A DNA stretch of 64,000 nucleotides from Lama guanicoe (Eukaryota). Numbering within the stretch: the first letter of the stretch is position 1; the number at the start of each line of letters is the position of its first letter. A model generated the notes under the pieces. The model ran no database searches and was not told where the DNA came from. It saw only the letters and a list, made by a program, of their open reading frames with translations. Positions 44,651 through 64,000 of this stretch are shown piece after piece. The translations under genes were made by a program, and so were the position numbers. The stretch is from NCBI GenBank assembly GCA_013239625.1, contig MU055594.1:17426445-17490444 (forward strand). Reading direction: 5' to 3'.

Positions 44651-45856
44651 ATCCCGCAGCCGCTCAACGGACCTGCCATCCTTCCCTGCATCATAAGGCG
44701 TCTGGGAGGCAACCTAAGGTGACTCCTCTCAGAGCCTATTAGAGTGTGATCATGATAGAGACAAAGCCATAGAAGTGACCAGGTCTTCCTCCTCGCCCGT
44801 TCCCAGACACGCCCCTTGCTGCAGGTCTCAGATCAAATCTCACTTCGTTCTTGGGAGAAAATAACTCCTCAGGCTTGGGGTAGGAGGTTGGCTTGGGGAA
44901 GGAGGAGGGACATTGGTCGTCTTTGAAGACCTGTAGGTAGGAGGTGGGAGGGCATTTGTCCTGGGTGGGGCTCTATGCCAAGTCCTCTGGGTGGCTGTGA
45001 AGTTGTGAGAGAAGGGGTGGGAACGCTGGACTTCTGGACTTTGGGCAGGGCAGATCCTTCTGAATCCTTGGCTGCTAGAACAGAGTTTCTTCCGGGCTCC
45101 TGCCTGAACGCCACAACCAAGGGCTATCTACAGGGTAAGAAGACTTCAAAGATGAAAAACGAGGCCTTTTCAAGGAAGTAGGAAGACAGCCTGAGACCTG
45201 GGGCTTCAGGCTAGTGGGGAAAGAAGGAGGGCTGACCAGGTTTGGAGATGCTGGGCTTAGCTCCGTGGGTGGAGCAGCCTGAAGACCATGAGCCTCTGGG
45301 CCTCTCATGTGGGTCCTGTGATGAAGGCTCCTCTTCTTTTCCTTCCCTTCTCTTTCTTCATTTAATTATGAAACCTGTTCTTCCCTTTTTTTGAAACCTC
45401 TGCACTTTTTTCTGTGTATCTCCTGTCTGCTTTAACCCCGTTGCTTCTGCAACTCTCTCAGACACCCTCTGTGTTCCCTGTAGTGCAGCCTCTCCTCTCC
45501 TGATTCCCTTTCCTAGCCCAAGCTCTCTCTCCAACTTCTCTGTTCTCTTGTTCCTTAGTTCGAAATCTCTCTGTTACTTCTCAGCACCTTTGTTTCTTCT
45601 GCAGTCTTTCTTAGTCAATTCAATTCCTCTTCTTGCCTCTTTCCAACAACCTTAGCTTTGTGTCTAGTGTCACAAGCTGCCTCCCCGCTGGTCTCTCTCT
45701 CTCTCTCCAGTTAAACCACAGGCCCCCCCCCAACTCTCATCCCTTCATTTGGATCCCCACCACCCTCTACCCAAGGCGTTCAACCACTCTTTCCTATCTT
45801 TACTCCAGTTGAGCTCTGTTGTTTCTCTGTAGCCCAGGCAAGGGCCCCCTGCCAGG

Positions 45857-55361
<9,505 letters not shown>

Positions 55362-55748
55362 CATTCAACCCCCACCCCAGGTCTTCTGGGTACCCCCACA
55401 GCCCTCACAGCATTCCCTGTTGCTCCTAGCTCTTCCAACCCCAAGGTGGGGCAGTGAAGGGGGAGCAGATAACCAGAAGATTGCTGCTGCCCTTAGGGTC
55501 TTGGCTCCCTCCTCAGGAATCCCCCTCAGGAAGGACCCTCAGGACATCTTCTCCCTACCCTGTGGTCCTCTAGAGTAGATAGCTCCAAAGCCCCCAAGGT
55601 GGGCAAGGAGCAGGTACGCACCTCCGATGCAGCCTGCTGCTGGCTTTTCTGTCAGAGGGTTCGAGGCTGGCCAGCTAGCCTGCCTTGCCCTGGCCTTCCT
55701 TGTTCCCTCTGCTGCCTCACTTCAGGTCCATGTATTTCACTTTTCTTA

Positions 55749-55754
55749 AATAAA
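55749..55754 (+). terminator. KLC4 polyadenylation signal AATAAA
   Basis: AATAAA ~390 nt after the stop. Confidence 0.75.
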
Positions 55755-56879
55755 AGAATCAGGTAACCATTCAGCCACAGGAGTCCTGATTGAAAAGGGA
55801 AGGAAGCAAGGGTTGAGTTGGGGCCCTTCCCAGGAGGGCGAAGGGCAGTGATGGATGGGGCGGAAGGAGGAACGTTGCTTCTTGGATCTGTTCTTTCGTC
55901 CTTCCCCTGTTTGTATCCTCTCCAGTAGGGCCTGCAGGAAGGCATCTGGGGGGTGGGGGAGAAGGTGCTGTGGACTGGGTTATCAGGGACATGTGGTGGC
56001 CATGTGTCAGGACCCTGGAGTCCTGGCGCCACTGCTCCCAGCCCGTGAGGCCCTCTGTGGCGGCCCCTCCTCCTCCCAGCTGCTTGGGGGAAGGGAGGTC
56101 TAAGAAGGCCTGGGGGGCCCTCCAGAGCTCTGGAGGGGGACGAGGCACTTAACTATCCATCCCCTCTCAGCATATCCTGGAGGCCTAGCAGCAGCTGGGG
56201 CCCATCTTCTAAAGCTTGACTCCTCCTGACCCGCCTCCTACACCCCTTGCTGCTTTCACAACAAAGAAAGAATGTGGGGGTGGTGGCGCTAGGGGTGGGG
56301 GGGTGCCTGGAACAAGGGCTGTACTGGGCCTCCCCACAGCTGGAGACTTGGCCATGCCCTGACACAGCCCAGACTGCCTGTAGATGGACTTGGGATGAAT
56401 TTGTCAGTTTAACAGCCTTCAGAGAGCCCATTCTCTTTACACCTTTGGGTTCAGATTGGTCCAGAGTCAAACCAGACCCTAGTCATGCACTAACTGGTCC
56501 CTCACTTTCCAGGCTACATCTCTCCTGGAGCTCCACAGTACCTCCAGGGTACCTTGCTTAGGGACACCAAGGACACTCTTCTGTTCTAGGTTTCCCTGAG
56601 GATTTCAGGTTGTTGAGAAGTGAGCTAGAGTCCACCTTTCTCCCCACTACCCAGAGAATTTGGGGGAAGTGTTGGTCAGAGCTGTCAAGAAAGCCCAGAA
56701 CCAACCATCTTCCGCAGGAGCCATGGAATCACAAAAGTCACTTTGGGCCCCCTGACTCCCTGCAGACTAGGCGGTAGGCACAGCCTCCGCTCTTCTACCT
56801 CGTTCAGGAGGTCCCCCGCACTCCCCTGGGACGCCTTCCCTCTGTCCAGGATCCATCTCCAGACCCCTCCCCCAACTGC

Positions 56880-57960
56880 GAGCTCCTCCCCAACACGGCG
56901 GGGAGGGGGCGTCTAGGGGGCGGGGCGGCGCGCGGCGGCTGGCGGGGAAGGGGCGTCGCGGGGCGGGGCTTGGAGGCGGCGGCGGCGGCGCGCGGGGACC
57001 TGGAGGTACCCGGCGCGCGCGGCTCCGGCTCGGGACGCCTCGGGCTCGGGCTCCGGCTGCGGCTGCTGCAGCGGCGCCCGCGCTCCTGTGCGCTCGGCCT
57101 CCTGGCCCGCCAGGGATCGCCGACCGCAAGCCCGCCGTGCTCCCGCCCACTCCGTTCCCCGGGCCTGCGGCGATGGGAGCCGCGCGCGGAGCCCCGAGGA
57201 GCCCCCGCCCGCTGCCTCTGCTCAGCGTCCTGCTGCTGCCGCTTTTGGGCGGTGAGTCCCGGCGAGCTGGGGGAGCTCGGCTCGGGGAGCGCGGGAGCCC
57301 CGCGGGGTAAAGTGAGCACCGGGGAGGTGGGCTTGGGCGGCTGGAGCGGGAGAGACACCCGGACATAGGTCAGGGGCTCGCTGGGGAGGGGCGAAGTCCC
57401 GGCAACTGGGAGGTGGCGAAGCCTCCCGGCACTCGCCCAGGGCCCCTGTCGCCCCCGCGCCCGCGAGGACGCGTTTCCAGCCTCCCTAGAGTTTTCCCGG
57501 CCTGAGCCGAGAGTTTGCTCGGGAGTTGTCGGCTCCCGGGCCCCGGTGGGGAGTTTCTTTGAGGGAAAGAAACGACTGCCCTCCACTTAGGGGGTGCAAC
57601 TCGGTAGTTGGCGGTGGGGGAGACCGAGTCCCCGCGACAGGCTCAGCCTAGGTGAGGGAGGCTGGCCTGGGGCCGGATGGGGGATCGACCTGCGGCGCGC
57701 AGGGCGCGGAGCTTTTGTTACCTATGCCGGCCCGGCGCTCCCGGCTTCCCTCCTCCAAGTTCCTGGGCTAGGCTGGGACCCCGACGGCCCTGATGGTGAG
57801 GGCGGAAGAAAGGAAGAATGAGGGGCCGCCCCATCTCCTCCAGCTCCTGGGCCCGATCCCTGAACCCTCTCCCTGCCAGGGTCGGATCTGGGGAGCTGAG
57901 AATCCCAGGCTGTCGCGGTGACTAATGTGTGAAGGCCGCTGCCAAAATCGGGCATGGCCG
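56880..57960 (+). promoter_or_regulatory. PTK7 CpG-island promoter
   Basis: Dense CpG, several GGGGCGGGG boxes and GGC runs around exon 1. Confidence 0.85.
57173..57251 (+). CDS. PTK7: Inactive tyrosine kinase PTK7, coding exon 1 (signal peptide); the rest lies beyond the window
   Basis: ATG GGA GCC GCG... = MGAARGAPRSPRPLPLLSVLLLPLLG, 79 nt, phase-1 donor G|GTGAGT; expected position after KLC4. Confidence 0.93.
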
Positions 57961-60900
57961 GCCTGCAAAGGTGCGGACGGGATTGGTTCTGCTCCTTCCT
58001 GGATTTCCATCCTCTCTCTTCCCCACACGGGAAGAAAATCTCTCTTTTCTATGGGCAGAAAGGCAAAAAAGAGTTCATTCTGTCTTCTTGGAGGGCCTCA
58101 GCATTTTGAGGAGGGTGCGGCCTCTATCTCCGGGGCCGACTGGACGAGACCCCTCTATCCCACACACCTTTATTTCCTGGCCAGGTCACACCTGAGAGTC
58201 ACCACTGAGATGTTGAAGTGCTTTAGAGGAAAGCGCCAAGCTACCCGCACACCCCAACCAGTCTGGAGTGGAAGTTTGACCCCTGCCCCACCCCACTTCT
58301 AAAACACGAAATCTTTGGTGAGGATCCTGGCAGCAGCCCTTGCTGGGGGAACCCTGCCCAGGAGACCTGGTCCTGGCTTATCACTTTCCTCTTCCTTTGA
58401 AGAGTGGCCATGGGGAGGGTGAGGGGTAGAGAATTGCTTTTTCTGACATCTTCCTGGCCTGCCAAGTGTCAAGGGGGATTGGTATTGATGAAATCATCTT
58501 CTCCTCTACCCCTAGTTGTAAAAGGAGAGGTAATTGTCACCTGGGGCCGAGGTAAGAACAAGTTCTCGAGATTTGTAGGTTTTTCTGGAGCCGTTCTGTG
58601 TTCCTTCTGATGTGTGGGATGGTTAAGCTCATGGCAGAACCCACATCTGCTCCCAGAGGAAGTATGAAAGTTTTTTGCATGGCCAGGATTGGGGGCCCAG
58701 CCATATGGGCTGGCAGCCCGAGTGCACAGCTTTCCTAGGTCGGTGGACTGTTCGAGTTTTGGTGTGTGGGTCACCCGATATGGCTGCCTTCACTGCTGAT
58801 GTTTAGAGTTCTGGAGTCCAGGGAAGATTCTGGTGGAGACGGGGCTCTTGTTCAACAAATGCCAAATTCCTAAATTCCTTCCGTGAGAAGACGACTCTGA
58901 TGTTAATCAATGTTAATACGGTGACGGGTGTTTAGCAGGGGCTGAGGGAGGGTTCCTGGGGTTCAGGGGCCGGGGGAGGGGGGGGAAGTTAGGGCAGGCT
59001 GAGGGCTTGGGACTGGAAGTCTGGAATCTCCTCTGGGGGTGGGAGATGTCTTCTGCTCAACAAAGGAACATTTTAATGAGAGCCTTAAATCAGTTCCACC
59101 AAATGTGCCTTGGTGTGGAACCTGCCCGTGTGCTATAAACAGTTTCATCCGAGGCTGGGCGCCTGCTGTCTGTCTTCCAGTGAAATCCAGGGACTCAGCC
59201 CACCCCTGGACACATGACTTCAGGGGGGCAACGATTTTTAAATGGATTACAGTAGATTTTTCCATCTCATTGTTTAACTGGGTAATTAGCTGGAGTTGTA
59301 GTGAGACCCCGCTGTTAATAAGGCTGGAGTAAGGGACCTAGGCCGACTAGTTTTGTGGATTAGGCCATTTTGAACTTTGGGTAATTATGCTGTAAATGGC
59401 TGAGGATCTTTCCGAACTTTGAGATCCCCATTGTGATAAATATGGTGGAGGAGGAGGGGGCTTGACGTTTGAAACCTGGGCTTCTTCACCCCGCCGCTGG
59501 AATGGTAAGTTGTGGTCACTGCCCACCCCTGTTCCCGTCCCCCTCTCTGGGTACTTTCCTCCAGGCTCTTGTTTCTTTGGAGAAATTGAGTTGTCATGTC
59601 CTGAGATAGTTTCTGCAGCCTGTAATTCAAGCCTTTTATCAGCGATTCAGGCCTTTCTCAGATGTTAGGGAGTATGGCGGGAGGACAAGGGCAATCTCTG
59701 CATGTCACTTAACCGGAGGACTTAGTCACACTCCTAGCATTCAGGGCAGGGTTGAGTGGGGAAGAGAGCCCAGGCTGTGGAGTTGCAGTGTTTGGCAAAA
59801 CAGCAACTCAAACTCTTTGACAGGCCCTGTGGCCCTGGCAGATTTCTTAACCTCACAGTTTGCCTTCTCTGTCAAGGGACTTACTTCCTGGAGTTGTGCT
59901 GAGGATTAAATGTAATGACGTATGGAAAGGGCCCTTTCTTGTTCTTCCTCTCCAGTGGTGTGCTCCCAACATACCTTCCCAGCTGTGCAGTCACCCCAAC
60001 AATAAACATTTTCCACTCACTGAAACCCTCCATTCCAGCCCATCTCGGCTCTTTCAGACCTTTCTTTCCTTTCTGGCCAGTCCCCTAGTATGTGTTGCCT
60101 CCCCTCTCTTTTGCCTCACCCCACCTCTGCTTCCTCCCAGAACATGATTGCCTAGAGAACTTCTGGTCTCTTAGGACACCTTCCATATTTTGGCCCCACT
60201 TGGGTTTTAACTTATTGACGAGATTTAACTTTCGTCATGGTATCTTATTCATAGTGGGCCCTTATCTAGGTTTATTAAAAGGTGAATGAAGCTTTTGGGT
60301 AAAGGGCAGAGTGACCCGTGGCAAAGGTAAACAGCCCCTTTGCCTGTAGGAAGCAGGGGGTCTTCTGTGCCCTTTCCAGCTTCTCTGGGTTGGGGTTGCC
60401 TGTTTCCCCTCCTGTCTGCTCTACCGTGACCCGATCAAGGAACCAAATCTTCCTTCCCTGTTTCTGGGTTGTCTGTCCTTTGTGGTGGTTTTCTGAGTTT
60501 TGCTGCGGCAGGGGTTCGGGTTTTCTCCAAGAGTTCTGGGCATGGGCATCTGCCTCTCCGTATGAAGCTGACCTTCCTGGAAAGGCCACAGCTTGACAAC
60601 TATGAGCTCTGTAACAGAGACCTGGACTGTCCACAACTTTGCCATCCAAAACAAGGTCCAAAGACAAGCGGCATCAGCATTCCCTGGGAGCATGAATTGG
60701 GAGTCCCAGTCTTCATTTTAACAAGCGCCCCAGGTGACTGCACTCAAGGCTCCAGAAGTCCTGCTTGAAGCGTCCCTCCTAATATAGAAATGGAAGGTAC
60801 AGAGCTTTCCTGTTGCAACAATAGGATCTGGGGCCCTAGATCTTGCATGTTATTTGAAGACTCACTCTCAGTAACTTTTAGGTCATGTGAACACTCTCCA

Positions 60901-61129
60901 GTGCTATGTATACACTTAAAAATTACTTCATTTTGGGTTGCATTTGAATTAGATTGTGTCAGGAAATGCATCCACTAAATGTGTGACTCCAGAAGGTGTT
61001 CAGCATTAAGTGCAAAGTTCAGTTCCTCTTGGAGCCTCTGCTTTTCCTAGGGGAGCGTGTCTCACTTTATAAGGAGAGCCAGTGGAGAAACTGGATTTGT
61101 TAGGTAGAAGTTTGTTCTGTGGACGACTT

Positions 61130-61156
61130 TTCAGGAATACATTTTTTTATTTATTT

Positions 61157-61192
<36 letters not shown>

Positions 61193-61207
61193 TTCAGGAA
61201 TACATTT
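61130..61207 (-). repeat. (TTTA)n tract flanked by a 15-bp direct repeat
   Basis: TTCAGGAATACATTT at 61130-61144 and 61193-61207. Confidence 0.85.
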
Positions 61208-64000
61208 AGTCCATCAATGGAGGCAATGTGTCCGCTGGGCTGCGACAGTTGTTGTAATTACTAAGGTTTTGGAGGATTTCGTATTTTGGAGTGAGGCGGG
61301 TTTGTATGAATTCTGTGTGTGTTTGAGCCAGTGCAGCTTCTGTGAGATTCATCTGGGATGGAGGTTGGCCAGTTCAGACTCTTAATATTTGAGCCAAGAG
61401 CATTTGGGGCCAGGGATTCAGTCTTTGGTGTGTTCCTGATGGAAGAAAGGGTCATTAAACAGGGGTAGTAGGTATCCTTGGCCCGTGTTCCTGGGCCCTC
61501 CCTAACCTCAGTGCATGCCTCTCTGCAGCTGTGCCCCGAGCAGAGCTCCGTGGTGGGGCCACAGTTGCTGGTGCTGTCTTGAGCCTGGCCCTCGAGCTGC
61601 CGCCGGCCTCTCTGCTTGAGTCCTGCTCTGGCCACTCCCCACCTCCCATCTGTCTGGTCCTTTTTCCTGAGGGTGTGAAAGTCCTGCACGGTGGCTGGGT
61701 TAGAGCCCTGCTTGGGGTTCTCTGAGTTCACTGCTGAGTGCACATTCAGCTCCGCTGAGCCCCCCAGCGCTTTGGTGGAGCTGGCGCAGGAGCTGCTACA
61801 GCTAATCAGTGGTTTGAGGAAGCCCTCTGCAGTATGTCACTTTTTCCATCCTCTTTTCTTCTCTGAGTTCAGGCCATTTCCCTCCCAGTAATGCTACCCG
61901 GCAGCAGCGGGGCAGGGAGGAAGTTTTGTTGGAAGGGCTGATCTAGGCGGGAGGCCTCTCCCCTTTTGCAGCTTGGTTTGGAGTCACTGAGCCCTTGTGT
62001 CCCTGTATGCATTAACACCGAATGAACGCACAGGTGAGTAGAATGCAGTCTACCAGGTGTCCTGCAGATCCAAGTTCCCTGTGGGAAGCTTGGATCCTGG
62101 TGAGCAGAACATGCATTTACTGGTTTAGATGTCTCTGTAACTTCTGATAAGTGGGTCCTGAGTCATGGGGGTAGGGATTGTGAGTCACATGTTAAGACGA
62201 GTGGATTTGTGTTTCTTAAAAATGTGTCCACAGACCATAGGGGAATATAGTGGGAAAGCGGGTAACCAGAGGTACTGGTTAAAATTTGGGGTCCCTGAGC
62301 CTTACTGCAGGTCTGCCCATCAGAATCATCGGGGGATGAGCCGGGACAAGTATTTTATTTTCTCATTCATTACATTACATTGTGATTTTTGAATAGCCAA
62401 CCAGTCACATAGTTCAAGTCTCAAAAGGAAACTCATTTTAAAAGAGCTTCCCAGGAGATTCTTATCTACACCCAAGTTTGGGAACAACTGCCTACCCGTC
62501 AGGAGGCCTTATCTGTCAGAAGTGGAGGTGTGGTGATGAGAAAGAGGTTGATATTAATCCAAGGGGCTCAGGATGGGCTCAATTCGAAGTTTTGGGGGGT
62601 CTTCTGTGAGTGAAGCTGTGGGGCAGGAGGCAGGAAGGAGACAAGATGATAAGAATCAGATGAAGTATAATGAAAAACACCAGTTGGTAAAGTGCTAAGT
62701 AGATAGAAGAACATTCCAGAATGTGTGGAAAGGTGAATCCATAATGCAGGAGCACATGGGGCGTGGGAGGGCTTCAGACTTTGCCAGTAGCGGTTGTCTG
62801 CGGTGACCCGTCATTCTGACGGAAAGGCATTGGACCAGGAGTTTGAAAACTTTTCTAATATCACACATGACAAAGGAAGAGAAGTGATATCTGTGGTGCT
62901 GTGACACCTGCTTTTCTGTATTCTGATTCTGGCTCAATTGCTGCCTTACTGCATGACCCTGAGCTGGTGCATTAAGCTTTCCAAGCCTTGGTTTCTGTAT
63001 CTTCAAAATGCAGATGATACTGATCCCTCTACCCTGCCTGCTGCCTCTGGAAGTTATGGTGTAGTGCTCTCAGCTGTGAAGGCGGCTGACCCCGGGAAGC
63101 AGCCCCTCTGGCCAGCCCTGATGTCTCTTCCCTGACTTTTTGTCTCCCTTGAAGGTGTCGGCCTTTCTTTCCAGTCCTGTCTCTGAAATGGTTTGTGAGG
63201 GTTCAACCGAGTCGCTCTGACTGGCAGCTTTAGAAATAGTTTTCTCATTTGAAAGCACAGATTTTCTAAATGGGTCTCAGTATTCCAGTAGCAGCTCATC
63301 AATGTGGGCACAGCCATTTGGCATTCTCTGGTGGGAACTCTTCCTCCCTGAATCCCAGTAGCAGATTCTCCCCAGGTGGTCAGCGCTGGTTTGGAACCAC
63401 TATCTCCCCCGGCTTGCGAAAGTTCTTCCAGGGAGTGAGTAGTAAACTGTGCTTTTTGCAGTGAGGCAGGTTTTTATAATCCCTGAGGGAGGGCTTCTCT
63501 CGTCACAGGATGGCTGTGGGGTTTCCCCAGTAGTCACTCTATGTAACTTGTGGGAACTTCAGTGAGCGCCATGGGGAGGTTCCTGAGGTGCTGTGTGGTC
63601 TCCCTATGAGGGGTTAAGGTGGCCAGAGTGGGCACTAGCCTCTCCTCCAGAGGACATACCGGCTCTCTTTTGTCCCCTTCTTGGGTTGTTGTTGGGGGGT
63701 GAGCAATGAGGAGAATGCTTGTCTGCTCTTGGGACTGTTGGGGGGCTTGTAGCAGCTGGCTCTCAGGTGTCTTTTTGCACATTAGAAATAGATGCCCTTC
63801 CTCCAAGTGAATGCAGCCCTGCACAAGGACACAGGGCTTTGGCTAATGGAGCACAGGCAGTATTTCAATACGTCCCCATCGGCTGGGCATTTGAGCAGTG
63901 CACAACCTGTACAGTCATACGTGACTGTCCCATTGGAATGAGAGCCTTGCAACTTGTGGCTCTTTACTTCCTAGTTGGTGGGCCACGATGATTTTGGCGG

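Noticed and set aside
56767-57586. 199-260 aa ORFs antisense to PTK7 exon 1
   Set aside because: CpG-island artefact with low-complexity translation.
57546-57655. Similarity to a recalled alternative PTK7 first exon (MGSFL..KR)
   Set aside because: Starts with GTG and meets an in-frame stop soon after; no support for coding use here.
61472-61480. GTATCCTT U12-type donor motif (also at ~44640)
   Set aside because: Not at any supported exon boundary; no U12 intron identified in the window.

Overview
Mammalian genomic DNA, very probably a camelid (three Vic-1-type tRNA-derived SINEs), syntenic with human 6p21.1. It is a dense cluster of intact orthologues: PPP2R5D (+, exons 3-16), MEA1 (-), KLHDC3 (+), RRP36 (+), CUL7 (-), MRPL2 (-), KLC4 (+) and PTK7 exon 1 plus the start of intron 1 (+). 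Exons were traced by hand and spliced lengths keep frame: MEA1 173 aa, KLHDC3 382 aa, RRP36 251 aa, CUL7 ~1688 aa, MRPL2 306 aa, KLC4 616 aa. The main signals not explained by these genes are: (1) a frameshifted TMEM82-like gene relic between RRP36 and CUL7 (- strand, ~24.96-25.42 kb); (2) a fossil restriction-like endonuclease segment of an R4/Dong-type non-LTR retrotransposon inside a hAT-Charlie element in a KLC4 intron, with a SINE nested in the same element; (3) six N-runs that all fall on conserved coding exons and appear to preserve length, so they look like masking rather than true gaps. All protein comparisons are from recalled sequences; no database search was run.
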